Source: Candidatus Abawacabacteria bacterium
Lineage (GTDB): Bacteria > Patescibacteriota > Gracilibacteria > RBG-16-42-10
Assembly: GCA_016207805.1 (NCBI GenBank)
Contig: JACQZO010000007.1
Coordinates: forward strand, 1,964 to 65,963
DNA: 64,000 nucleotides
Direction: 5' to 3'
Shown here: piece by piece, positions 35,719 through 46,240 of the stretch
Position numbering within the stretch: position 1 is the stretch's first letter
Layout: the number at the start of each line of letters is the position of its first letter
Notes under the pieces: generated by a model
Told to the model about the DNA's origin: nothing
What the model saw: only the letters and a program-made list of their open reading frames with translations
Databases searched by the model: none
Translations under genes and position numbers: made by a program

Positions 35719-35821
35719 AAGAAACCTTAAATAGCGCGCACAAAGTAGCACAATAAATAACAATTAGCAATTAGTGATTATTGCTGAAAAGAGACGGCCC
35801 ACAGCCCTTAAACTGTAACTA

Positions 35822-36859
35822 CTAATTAATAAGCAAGTTATAAGCAATCTTAGCAATTTCAGAGCGGCGAACAGATTGATTGGGGTAGAAGTTATTATTC
35901 TGACCAGAAACTATACCTTCATTGGCAGCGTAGTCAGTATATGCACGTTGCATTGGGGCTGCTACATCAGAAAATGATTGTGCTGAGCTCGCATTGAACA
36001 TGCTGATTTCATTTTGCTTTTGAAAAGCATTTAATAAAATCTGTAAACATTCAAAACGAGTAGCAGGTCGATCTGGATAGAAATAAGTACCTGACTCAAT
36101 AATGCTCACCATTTCCGCTATTTCTATATAACGAAACATAGCATGACTAGGAGGGACATCCTCAAATGTGAGTACAGGAATTTCTAGTGTTGGGCAATCT
36201 GGAAAGCAGGAGGAAATGGTATCACGATGCAAACCCTTAGCTAAAGCGGCATTTACTGCGATCTTCACTACTTCAGCTCTAGTAATAGAATTTTCTGGGC
36301 CAAAATTGCCATTACCATAGCCACGGACAATCCTTCTAGTATAGAGATCCATGATATAGCTATAGGCCCAATAACTTGCTGGAACATCCTTAAATGTGGT
36401 GGTTGGAGTGTTAATTACTATTGTTTTTCTCAACTCTTGATGAATGGGGCTAGCGACATTTACTTGAATGCTATAAGGCCCTTCACCAACTTGAAGATAT
36501 GGAGGAGCAACACATTGAGCGCCAGGAGGACAGTTGGTATAAAACTTTTGATTCCAAGTATCTACTACTTTTGTTTCAAAAGGAGCCAAAGTGATACTGC
36601 GAAAGTCCATAGTACAAAGAGCTAGCGGATCTAACAAAGAAAGCTCATTATTGTTACGATCAAACACTCTAAAGAAACGATGGCATTGCCCCATTTCATC
36701 GATAGTAATGTTACCGCTAGTATCATTAGTAACTTTAATTTGGATTGTTTCCCCTGCAGAATAAGTATTCTGCAGGTTAAGATGGGCTACTGAAGGTGGT
36801 AGAGATACTGGCGCTGTAGTTACCAATGTAGCTGTGAGTAGCGAAATGAAGGTGATCAT
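35822..36859 (-). CDS. secreted SLH-domain protein
   Basis: Signal-like MITFISLLTATLVTTAPVS. Three C-terminal SLH repeats: FKDVPASYWAYSYI...GYGNGNFGPENSITRAEV, FEDVPPSHAMFRYI, FSDVAAPMQRAY...NFYPNQSVRRSEIAKI. Confidence 0.75.
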   Translation of the reverse strand: MITFISLLTATLVTTAPVSLPPSVAHLNLQNTYSAGETIQIKVTNDTSGNITIDEMGQCHRFFRVFDRNNNELSLLDPLALCTMDFRSITLAPFETKVVDTWNQKFYTNCPPGAQCVAPPYLQVGEGPYSIQVNVASPIHQELRKTIVINTPTTTFKDVPASYWAYSYIMDLYTRRIVRGYGNGNFGPENSITRAEVVKIAVNAALAKGLHRDTISSCFPDCPTLEIPVLTFEDVPPSHAMFRYIEIAEMVSIIESGTYFYPDRPATRFECLQILLNAFQKQNEISMFNASSAQSFSDVAAPMQRAYTDYAANEGIVSGQNNNFYPNQSVRRSEIAKIAYNLLIN

Positions 36860-36969
36860 AGAGATTATGTTTCTGTTAGTGAGTACGCAAGCTTGAGAGA
36901 GTGTGTTACCCGGAAAACCCCTTTTGCATTTCGCCTTATCGAAGGGGAAGTTTAATGTGTTTATTAAGC

Positions 36970-37383
36970 TTATTCTCGAGACCAAGTGTTCCTTCCCTTA
37001 CTTAAGAGAAGGTGACGAGGATGGGTTTGCAATACCCAAGTCACTATAGCATGCTCCACTTGCTCTACCTGATCCAACACATCATTATTTGTAAACCGTA
37101 GCACGGTAATGCCAAACTTTTCATTTAGCACTTTGGACCGCCATTGATCATAGATAAGTTGATTCTTATGGTAGCCGCCATCGACTTCAATCACTAAGCG
37201 CAATTTAGAACAATAGAAATCAGCGATAAAGTTGGCTAATGGCTTTTGGCGTAAGAACTTAAAACCTAATAGCTGCCTTCTGCGCAAGAGTTGCCAAAGC
37301 TTGTGTTCGGCAGTAGTCAAAGGCTTTCTATTCTTACGAGCAAATGTTTTTAGTTTTTTATTGTAAGCAAAGAAATAAGGCAT
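36970..37383 (-). CDS. DUF559 (Vsr/restriction-endonuclease-like) domain protein
   Basis: LT.AE.KLWQLLRRRQLLGFKFLRQKPL.NFIADFYC..L.LVIEVDG..H...VLRF.NNDV is the classical DUF559 pattern. Confidence 0.8.
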   Translation of the reverse strand: MPYFFAYNKKLKTFARKNRKPLTTAEHKLWQLLRRRQLLGFKFLRQKPLANFIADFYCSKLRLVIEVDGGYHKNQLIYDQWRSKVLNEKFGITVLRFTNNDVLDQVEQVEHAIVTWVLQTHPRHLLLSKGRNTWSRE

Positions 37384-37428
37384 AGTAAAAAAACTATACC
37401 TAGTAGTGTAATCTTATCGTTATGAAAA

Positions 37429-39201
37429 TTAATTCTTGCGCAGCACTGCTAAAAATGCTTCTTGCGGAATGGTCACCTGTCCGACCATTTTCATTCGTTT
37501 CTTTCCCTTCTTTTGCTTTTCTAAAAGTTTTCTTTTGCGGGTGACATCACCACCATACAGATAGCCGGTGACATCTTTGCGAAAAGCTGAAATGGTTTCT
37601 CGGGCGATGATCTTGCCACCAACTGCTGCCTGCAGAGCAATGGCAAATTGTGCTTTGGGGATAATATCTTTTAATCGTTCCAAAAGCTCACTACCTCTTT
37701 TATGAGCTTCACCACGAACGACAATACTGGAGAAGGCATCTACTCGTTCACCCGCCACCAGAATATCCATCTTCACCAAATCCTCCTCTTGGTAACCTGT
37801 TAGGGTATAGTTCATAGATGCATAGCCAGAGGTAATAGATTTCAAATCATCATAAAAATCACTAACAATAGATGCCAATGGGGCGGCAAAAGTAATATGG
37901 ACCCGAGTGGGATCTAAATATTGCATATTATTCATACCACCACGGCTGTCTTGAACTAATTTCATTACATCGCCAACATATTCCTTGGGTGTTACTACCT
38001 CGAGATTGACAATTGGTTCCTCAAGCTTGGTGATAGTAGCGGGATCAGGGAAATCAGCAGGATTATCAATCATGAGAGTTTCAGTTCCACTCGTGATGCG
38101 ATAAGAAACGCTTGGTGAAGTAATAATTAAATTCATATTGTACTCACGTTCTAGCCGCTCTTGGACAATATCCATATGAAGCAGACCTAAAAATCCGCAA
38201 CGAAAACCGAGGCCAAGTGCTTGAGATTTTTCTGGTTCATAAACCAGCGCAGAATCATTGAGGCTGAGTTTGCCCAAGGCATCCCGCAGCAAATGATAGT
38301 CATCACCTTCTACACAATAGAGCCCAGCAAATACCATTGGTTGTACTTTTTTGTATCCTGGTAAAGCGGGAATTTCCGGAGCACTCAATACTGTATCACC
38401 CACTCGAGTTTCTCCCACTTCTTTTACTCCAGTGACAATGTAGCCAATTTCACCATTTTGTAATGATGCTGCTTCTTCATACTTTGGTCTAAAGTAACCC
38501 ACTTCAGTAACAATGGTCTTTACCTTGGTATGGGCCATATAAATGGTATCCCCTCTTTTCACTTCGCCACCAAATAAACGTACATACGTTACTACTCCTT
38601 TGTAAGTATCATACATGGAGTCAAAAATAAGTGCTTGTAGTCCTTTGGTCTCGCTTAAGGTGGGTGCGGGAATACGTTCTATAATAGCATCTAATACTTG
38701 TTCAACATTTTGGCCTGTCTTACCAGAAACAAATATCATTTCTTCTCGCTTCAAACCAAGTACTTGCTCTATTTCTTGAGCAACTTTTTCTGGCTCAGCA
38801 TGCGGTAAGTCTATCTTATTAATTACCGGAATGAGCTTTAAATTATGTTCCATCGCTAAATAAACATTAGCTAATGTTTGTGCCTCAATTCCCTGACTGG
38901 CATCAACTACTAGTATCGCTCCTTCGCAAGCAGCTAAGCTTCGAGAAACTTCATAAGCAAAATCCACATGACCTGGTGTGTCGATTAAGTTTAATAAATG
39001 CTCTTTCCATTCCATTCTAACCGGTTGTAGCTTGATAGTGATACCACGCTCTTGCTCAATATCCATAGTATCAAGCATTTGCGTATGCTTCATTTCCCGC
39101 TTAGCTAGCGTGCCAGTAATTTCAATGAAGCGATCAGCCAAGGTGGACTTGCCATGATCGATATGAGCAATAATGCAAAAGTTTCTAATCTTCGCCAACA
39201 T
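37429..39201 (-). CDS. lepA: translation elongation factor 4 (LepA)
   Basis: IRNFCIIAHIDHGKSTLADR, DTPGHVDF, NKIDL, and a LepA-specific C-terminal domain ending in KRKLLEKQKKGKKRMK. Confidence 0.95.
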   Translation of the reverse strand: MLAKIRNFCIIAHIDHGKSTLADRFIEITGTLAKREMKHTQMLDTMDIEQERGITIKLQPVRMEWKEHLLNLIDTPGHVDFAYEVSRSLAACEGAILVVDASQGIEAQTLANVYLAMEHNLKLIPVINKIDLPHAEPEKVAQEIEQVLGLKREEMIFVSGKTGQNVEQVLDAIIERIPAPTLSETKGLQALIFDSMYDTYKGVVTYVRLFGGEVKRGDTIYMAHTKVKTIVTEVGYFRPKYEEAASLQNGEIGYIVTGVKEVGETRVGDTVLSAPEIPALPGYKKVQPMVFAGLYCVEGDDYHLLRDALGKLSLNDSALVYEPEKSQALGLGFRCGFLGLLHMDIVQERLEREYNMNLIITSPSVSYRITSGTETLMIDNPADFPDPATITKLEEPIVNLEVVTPKEYVGDVMKLVQDSRGGMNNMQYLDPTRVHITFAAPLASIVSDFYDDLKSITSGYASMNYTLTGYQEEDLVKMDILVAGERVDAFSSIVVRGEAHKRGSELLERLKDIIPKAQFAIALQAAVGGKIIARETISAFRKDVTGYLYGGDVTRKRKLLEKQKKGKKRMKMVGQVTIPQEAFLAVLRKN

Positions 39202-39203
39202 GT

Positions 39204-39912
<709 letters not shown>

Positions 39913-39929
<17 letters not shown>

Positions 39930-40245
39930 AATGTGCCAATGAATAGATCGAATAGTCTGTCGCTAATGAAATGGTAACCAAGTCAGCGGAAAATGTTTCT
40001 TCCCACAATTGATACTGTTCTAAGTAATCACCAATAGCTGCTTTGAAATCACGCTGCTTGCGATCGGAAAAATGCTGTATCGGATCAAATGGCGCCTGTG
40101 CAGCCTTAACCTCAATAAATACCAGCTGCTGCTTAGCATCTCTTATCACTAAATCCAATTCATGATGCTTATATCTCCAATTACAATGTTCAACCATATA
40201 GCCACAAGCCTGCAAATAATGTCCAGCATATTCCTCAGCAATCAT
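39913..40245 (-). CDS. YraN family (UPF0102) endonuclease-like protein
   Basis: MIAEEYAGHYLQACGYMVEHCNWRYKHHELDLVIRD...LVFIEVK matches the YraN pattern (AE..A..YL...G......N.R....E.DL...FVEVK). The first 31 codons of the track ORF are rejected because they translate a heptamer array. Confidence 0.75.
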
Positions 40246-40306
40246 TCCTAATTCTCGTTTCCTTCCCGCATCCCCAATTCGTATGGATTCGGCAGGCTCA
40301 CCACAT

Positions 40307-40333
40307 GATTCGTAATTCGTAATTTGTAATTCT
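40307..40333. repeat. heptanucleotide array in inverted orientation (GATTCGT AATTCGT AATTTGT AATTCTC)
   Basis: Direct reading. It has the same unit family as 1604-1635 but is the reverse complement relative to the minus-strand genes. Confidence 0.85.
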
Positions 40334-40334
40334 C

Positions 40335-42725
40335 TCATAGCCCCCGTATCACGCCTTGATACTTTTGTACCAAGTGATCAAATATCATTTTTTGGACAAT
40401 ATGCATATCTTGATCAGTCAGTGTTTTATCTCCAGCTTGTAGGGTGACCTTGAATGCCAAAGCCTTTTTTTGTTCGCCTAAACTGGTATCAGTAAATACA
40501 TCAAAAAGCTCTACTTTTTCAATCAGAGTGTTTAGCTTGCTAATGCTAGCTAAAACTATACCAGCTTCTATTGCTTGATCCACCACGACAGAGACGTCAA
40601 ATAGTTTACTGGGAAACTTTGGAATAGGTTTAAATGTTTTTGCTTTTTGACCAGCATATTCAAGCAATACCTCAAAATCTATTTCGGCAAAAGCAACTTT
40701 GCTAGTGATCTTATACTTACTACGAATACGAGCTGATAACTCATAAATATAGCCGAGTACCTTATCGGCAACAAGAATTTCTAATGCGCGACCTTTTTGT
40801 AAAGCTAATTCTGTCGGCTTTGGTTGATAAGACTTAGTTCTAAAAGGAATTGCTAAATGATTGAGTAATGCTTCTATAGAAGTCTTAACCTGATAAAATG
40901 GCTGAACATTATTTTCTTCACTATAAAGAACAGCGATTCTGCTTCTTTCATTGGGTAAATCATTTTCACTGGTAGGAAGATACACTTTACCTACTTCAAA
41001 AGTAGCAACTCTGCTAAATAAAGCACTATTTTTTACTAAGCCATCTAACATGCCCGGCAAAAGAGTAGTCCTGAGATGAGTATGTTCTTCAGAAAGAGAA
41101 TTCTTGAGCACTATATGATCATGAGCAAATTCAAATTTTTGTAATTCTTTCGGGCCGTAGAATGAATAATGATATACTTCAGAAAGATGGCAAGAATGTG
41201 CTAGGAATAATTTAATCTGCTTTTCTAATTCTTGCCATGGTTGCTTAGGTGGCAAAGTAAGTTGTACTTGTGGCAGTTTAGGTTCAATCTTTTCATAACC
41301 GTAAAAACGCGCAATTTCCTCAATAATATCGGCTTCACTGCTAATATCTTTCGTAGCACGAAAACTTGGTACTGTTAGTGCCAATTTCTCGCCTTTAGCT
41401 ATCACAGCAAAATCTAAGGCTTTTAATGTCTTAGTAATAAATGCTTTGGTCACTGGAGCTCCTATGCGATTAGCAATATGAGTACTATCTACGGTGAATT
41501 TTAATGGCTTTGGTGGGGTAGGAAAATGATCAGCTACTTTTGATTGAATAGTAATTTCTGCACACTGCTTAAGTAGTAAAAAGAAGCGCTTGGCCGCTAA
41601 TTCTGCGAGATGAGGATCAAGAGATTTTTCATAACGTTGTACTGCATCTGTACGTAAAGATAACTTTTGGGCAGTGACGCGTATTGAGGTAGGATCAAAA
41701 TTAGCTGCCTCAAGAATAATTTCTTTAGTATTTTCACTAATAGCTGAGTCGATTCCTCCCATTACACCAGCAATAGCTAGGATCTTTTTCTCATCAACAA
41801 TTACTAACATGCCAGCAGATAATTCTCTATCGATCCCATCTAATGTTACTATTTTTTCACCCTGTTTAGCGGGACGAATAGTAATATTACCTTGTACTTT
41901 CTCGGCATCAAATACATGCAGCGGCTGTCCTAGCTCATGCATGATATAATTCGTTAAATCGACCAGGATGCCATGAGAATTATGACCAATCCGAGCTAAA
42001 TAATTAGCAAGATACGTTTCATCTTTGATCGCATCCAGGGAAAAATGACAGGCAATATAACGAGGACATAATCGATCATCTTCTACCCGAACAGTAAGTT
42101 CTTGTTTACCAAAACTACCTTGGTATATAGGTAATACTTGCAGCTTTTTGTCCCAAATTACTGCACATTCTCTGGCTAATCCATAATGTCCCCATAAATC
42201 AGGTCTATGAGTAAGCGACTTATTATCAATTTCAATAATAGTATCATCTTTCCCTAGAGCTTCGGCCAAAGGAGTTCCTGGTCGGCAAGCAAGTTGAGAC
42301 ATATCCTCTACTCCATCCACAGTACTAGGAACACCTACTTCATCACCTCCACAGATCATACCAATACTTTTCACTCCCCTTAGCTCAGCTTCTTTAAGTT
42401 CAATTAAATCCCCTTCGCCATGCCAACGGACTTTACTGCCTGGCAAGGCAACAATCACTTTCATTCCCTCTTTAATATTGGGAGCGCCACAAACAATTTG
42501 TACTATCTGATCACCGATATCAGTTTGAGTAACACGCAATTTTTCAGCATTGGGATGCGGGCTAATAGATTTTATTTGACCGATCACCATATGAGCAAAT
42601 TGCTCTGCTGCACTTTCTATGCCATCAATCTCGGCCGTGCGGATATTAAACAGACGAGAAAATTCTTGATTGGAAATATCAGCTAAATCGACAAATTGCT
42701 CTAGCCAATAGCGGGAGATTTTCAT
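40335..42725 (-). CDS. pheT: phenylalanine--tRNA ligase beta subunit
   Basis: 796 aa. N-terminal tRNA-binding domain (ISPHPNAEKLRVTQTDIG), B3/4 and B5 domains, C-terminal FDX-ACB domain. Overlaps the pheS stop by 4 nt. Confidence 0.95.
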   Translation of the reverse strand: MKISRYWLEQFVDLADISNQEFSRLFNIRTAEIDGIESAAEQFAHMVIGQIKSISPHPNAEKLRVTQTDIGDQIVQIVCGAPNIKEGMKVIVALPGSKVRWHGEGDLIELKEAELRGVKSIGMICGGDEVGVPSTVDGVEDMSQLACRPGTPLAEALGKDDTIIEIDNKSLTHRPDLWGHYGLARECAVIWDKKLQVLPIYQGSFGKQELTVRVEDDRLCPRYIACHFSLDAIKDETYLANYLARIGHNSHGILVDLTNYIMHELGQPLHVFDAEKVQGNITIRPAKQGEKIVTLDGIDRELSAGMLVIVDEKKILAIAGVMGGIDSAISENTKEIILEAANFDPTSIRVTAQKLSLRTDAVQRYEKSLDPHLAELAAKRFFLLLKQCAEITIQSKVADHFPTPPKPLKFTVDSTHIANRIGAPVTKAFITKTLKALDFAVIAKGEKLALTVPSFRATKDISSEADIIEEIARFYGYEKIEPKLPQVQLTLPPKQPWQELEKQIKLFLAHSCHLSEVYHYSFYGPKELQKFEFAHDHIVLKNSLSEEHTHLRTTLLPGMLDGLVKNSALFSRVATFEVGKVYLPTSENDLPNERSRIAVLYSEENNVQPFYQVKTSIEALLNHLAIPFRTKSYQPKPTELALQKGRALEILVADKVLGYIYELSARIRSKYKITSKVAFAEIDFEVLLEYAGQKAKTFKPIPKFPSKLFDVSVVVDQAIEAGIVLASISKLNTLIEKVELFDVFTDTSLGEQKKALAFKVTLQAGDKTLTDQDMHIVQKMIFDHLVQKYQGVIRGL

Positions 42726-43753
42726 AAAGAGAATTGAGATAAGAAACGTAAGTCACCACTTTGCATCAGACGAATATCATCAATCTTGTACTTCATCATT
42801 ACCAAACGGCTAAGGCCCATACCAAATGCCCAACCATTATATTTAGTAGAGTCAATTTTGCCATATTCTAAAACCTTGGGGTGAATCATGCCGCAGGGAA
42901 TAAGTTCCACCCACCCGGAATGTTTACATACACTACAGCCCTTGCCCCCACAAATAGCACACTCAGCATCTAGTTCAAAGCCTGGCTCCACAAATGGGAA
43001 ATACCCAGGTCGCAGACGAACATTAATTTCTCGACCAAACATTTCTCTTAGCAGCAATTTCATTACTGCTAGCAAATTACCAATGGTGAGATTTTCATCA
43101 ATCATCATGCCTTCAAGTTGATAAAAAGTATGCTCATGAGAAGCGTCCAGTGCTTCATTACGGAAGACTCTGCCAGGCACAATGATACGTAATGGCGCAC
43201 CATACTGTTCCATAGCGCGCACTTGCACAGAAGAGGTGTGCGTGCGCATTACTTTGTGCTCACCACTCAAAAAGAAAGTGTCTTGCATGTCTCGTGCCGG
43301 ATGAGTCGCTGGGATATTAAGTGCTTCAAAGTTATAATACTCAAATTCTGCCTCCGGACCACGCAAAACAGCAAAACCTAAACTGCGAAAGATATCAATA
43401 AGTTCATATTGAACTTGAGTAAGGGGATGAAGTGAACCACCGAGTGACTTACTAGGCAATGTCACATCAATAGCTTCCTTGCTTTCTTGCGCTACCAATT
43501 CCTGAATTTTTATTTGTTCTTCCTTATCTTGAAATAAAGTATATGCTTGATTGCGTAAGCTTTGGAGCTGAGAGCCAAATTGTTTTTTTTCTTCTGGAGA
43601 AGAGTTTTGTAACCATTGTTTAAACTGAGCATCTAATAAACCATCTTTCCCAATATATTTGCGTTTGATTTCAGTTAACTCAGAAAAGTTTTGCACTTTA
43701 TTAATCAATTCTGCCAACTCATTTACTTGTTGCTGAATAACATCAATATTCAT
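42722..43753 (-). CDS. pheS: phenylalanine--tRNA ligase alpha subunit
   Basis: HPARDMQDTFF, the class II motifs FRNEALDASHEHTFYQLEG and GWAFGMGLSRL. Confidence 0.95.
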   Translation of the reverse strand: MNIDVIQQQVNELAELINKVQNFSELTEIKRKYIGKDGLLDAQFKQWLQNSSPEEKKQFGSQLQSLRNQAYTLFQDKEEQIKIQELVAQESKEAIDVTLPSKSLGGSLHPLTQVQYELIDIFRSLGFAVLRGPEAEFEYYNFEALNIPATHPARDMQDTFFLSGEHKVMRTHTSSVQVRAMEQYGAPLRIIVPGRVFRNEALDASHEHTFYQLEGMMIDENLTIGNLLAVMKLLLREMFGREINVRLRPGYFPFVEPGFELDAECAICGGKGCSVCKHSGWVELIPCGMIHPKVLEYGKIDSTKYNGWAFGMGLSRLVMMKYKIDDIRLMQSGDLRFLSQFSL

Positions 43754-43755
43754 AC

Positions 43756-44157
43756 TTATGGCGATAAAGGTTTACGATGAAAAGCAAGCTCAATTAAAAC
43801 CATAACGAGAATAATAATCAAGCCATCCCACCAGAAAAATACTTGTAGGGCTTTGAGTAAAAGTAGTAGACAGAGACCGGTACTTAATAGCACACCTTGT
43901 CGAAGGGCTACTACTAAGAATGCATAGAAGATTTCATTACCAGAAAAGAATCTATGCAGGAAAAATATCACCATGGCAAAAGTAGCACTTAGGGCAATAA
44001 AAAGAGCAACGAAAAAAGCGAATACGCCACCCCATTCGATTCCTGTGGTGCATACCTGATCAATCAATAGTTCGCAAGGGGTGAGGCGACTAATTACTAA
44101 CCATAAGGTACTCCAACCGAGAATGGCAGAAAAAAGTAATACCCAGAGATTAAGCAT
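43756..44157 (-). CDS. small integral membrane protein, unknown function
   Basis: 133 aa with four hydrophobic helices. Tightly packed between udg and pheS. Confidence 0.5.
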   Translation of the reverse strand: MLNLWVLLFSAILGWSTLWLVISRLTPCELLIDQVCTTGIEWGGVFAFFVALFIALSATFAMVIFFLHRFFSGNEIFYAFLVVALRQGVLLSTGLCLLLLLKALQVFFWWDGLIIILVMVLIELAFHRKPLSP

Positions 44158-44728
44158 TAGTGTTTTTTAATTGTTCCAAGAGCGCAGGGATTTTCTGAAA
44201 ATCTGCCAACAATACCGATTGTAAACCACCATTATAGAGAGCTGCTGCCGGATGATAGAGTGCTAAATATACTTGTAGACCATTTTCTCCCTGAGTACGC
44301 ATGGCCTTGCCATGAACTTCAGATATTTTTTTACCAGGCAAAAAAAGTTCCAATGAATGCCGTCCTAAAGTAACTATTAATAATGGTTTTATCAACCGAA
44401 TTTGATTTTTTAAGTAATTGTTACAACAGGTAGTAATCTCATCGGGTAATGGATCGCGATTTTCGGGTGGGCGACACTTTACTACGTTGGTAATAAAGAC
44501 ATCTTCTCTTTTCCAGCCAATTGAATCTAAACATTTATCAAGAAATTTACCTGCAGCACCGACAAAGGGCAGACCCTTTTCATCCTCATTCTTCCCTGGA
44601 CCTTCACCAACAAACAGCACTGGAGACTCAGGATTGCCATACCCTGGCACAGCATTAGTTCTGGTATCGCCCAAGCGACAAAGATGACATTTTTTAATTT
44701 GCTCTGCTAAAAAATTGAGGGCCTCCAT
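44150..44728 (-). CDS. uracil-DNA glycosylase, family 4
   Basis: C.LC...R...V.G.G......FVGEGPGKNEDEKGLPFVGAAGKFL, and HPAAALYN. Confidence 0.85.
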   Translation of the reverse strand: MEALNFLAEQIKKCHLCRLGDTRTNAVPGYGNPESPVLFVGEGPGKNEDEKGLPFVGAAGKFLDKCLDSIGWKREDVFITNVVKCRPPENRDPLPDEITTCCNNYLKNQIRLIKPLLIVTLGRHSLELFLPGKKISEVHGKAMRTQGENGLQVYLALYHPAAALYNGGLQSVLLADFQKIPALLEQLKNTNA

Positions 44729-44826
44729 GATGAAGAATGAAGAATGGAGAATGAAGGATGGAGAATGGGAGCGTCATTCTTCACTCTCCACTCTTCATTC
44801 TCCATTCTCAGTGTCCTCCGGACACT
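44727..44826. repeat. inverted pair of 7-nt periodic arrays (AGAATGR units) forming a long hairpin, plus a 7-bp palindrome
   Basis: The left arm AGAATGGAGAATGAAG (within 44731-44771) is exactly complementary to CTTCATTCTCCATTCT (44794-44809). The inner parts pair imperfectly. AGTGTCC-TCC-GGACACT at 44810-44826 overlaps the upstream gene's stop. Confidence 0.85.
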
Positions 44827-46240
44827 AGCATTTATGCCCTTCATTGTCTAAATAGACACTGCCCTTAACCGCTTGTGTACTACTATTTTCCACTGTACTC
44901 CAGAGTATTGTGGAAGGTAAACGCAGAGCATTCAACTCTTCTACCGGCGAGGACGTCATGAAGCAATCCTGGGTAACACTAGTTAAACGTAATGGCGAGG
45001 CAATACTAATATCAAGTCCATCTAATTGATCAGCAATATATACTTTGAGCAATGGTTTGCTAGTATCACGACTCTTGATAGTTAGGACATCTGTCTCATG
45101 TTCTTTTTTCCATTCAGTAAGCAAAGTAGTATTTTTCACATATTCAGCCCCTCTAGTACCATCAGGCAAAACAAAATTAACAGTTTTGGGAAAAAGGATA
45201 GCAGCATACTGAGCAATATTCTGAGTAAAGTGTTCTTTCCAATCAGATCTTTCCTCCGGAGAAATGGTCAGTGTGAGTCGAGATTGCTCCAAAGTTCCTC
45301 CCCAATGGAAAATATATGGATAGTCACCAATACTTTTTGCTATTTCTCCCCATGCTTTACCAGTGGGAGCATTACCCCACAAGGTCTCGACTGTTTGCCA
45401 TAAACCAAAGTTCTGACTTTCACCTTCAAGCATCTTTAGCTTGCTCGCTAGACCTTCACCAGCAAATGCAGCCCAGTCACCGCCAGCTAAAATGGCTTTC
45501 CGATAATCTCTTTTGCTGCTAATAGGATGATGAAATTGATCAGTAAAAAATAGTTGATATTCAGCATGGAATGGTTTGGTTGGGTACAGTGTTAGTACTA
45601 AGTAGCGTACCGTACCTTGCAAATAAGCTGGTAATAAATCAAATTTATACTTTTCACCAATTCCTTGGCCCCACCAATTAAGACATTCAAGTGAGCAAAA
45701 AGATATGCCCCAACGTCGACTCCAGGAGGATACACCCGCTTCTTTGAGCCAAGGCATTTCTTGTACAGTATTAAGCTTGGCGACAGTAACAGTAGGATGT
45801 GGGGAAATCACAGCGATAGTATCGAACCATTTGAGTTGATAGGAAGTGTCTGATACTACCACCTGCTCTGATCCACCACTTAAATCTTGCCAAGTATTTA
45901 GTAGAGCCTCTTTATCTGGTCTATAGAGATAGAGCTCAGCCACAATTTTATCAGTCTTTTTTCTTAGCACCAAAGCATTTGTCTCACCCCAGAAAGGACA
46001 ATTTAGTAATGCGCAGTCCAACTTGCTTTTCAACGCCTTTAGGCTTGACGGTAGCGGGAAGCTGGTATCAGCTTGGCCCTCCCATTCAAAATAGCCGACA
46101 ATATCTTGATTGCTAATCTTATTAGCTAATACTAATGGTCGATAAAGATGATATAAAAATGCTGCAATACTAAGACACAACACAATAGCCACTAATATTG
46201 CTAGTATCCATCCTAACTGTTTATTCCACAGTTTAGCCAT
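44825..46240 (-). CDS. membrane-anchored hypothetical protein
   Basis: N-terminal TM helix LGWILAILVAIVLCLSIAAFLY, then about 440 aa without a recognisable motif. Confidence 0.5.
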   Translation of the reverse strand: MAKLWNKQLGWILAILVAIVLCLSIAAFLYHLYRPLVLANKISNQDIVGYFEWEGQADTSFPLPSSLKALKSKLDCALLNCPFWGETNALVLRKKTDKIVAELYLYRPDKEALLNTWQDLSGGSEQVVVSDTSYQLKWFDTIAVISPHPTVTVAKLNTVQEMPWLKEAGVSSWSRRWGISFCSLECLNWWGQGIGEKYKFDLLPAYLQGTVRYLVLTLYPTKPFHAEYQLFFTDQFHHPISSKRDYRKAILAGGDWAAFAGEGLASKLKMLEGESQNFGLWQTVETLWGNAPTGKAWGEIAKSIGDYPYIFHWGGTLEQSRLTLTISPEERSDWKEHFTQNIAQYAAILFPKTVNFVLPDGTRGAEYVKNTTLLTEWKKEHETDVLTIKSRDTSKPLLKVYIADQLDGLDISIASPLRLTSVTQDCFMTSSPVEELNALRLPSTILWSTVENSSTQAVKGSVYLDNEGHKC

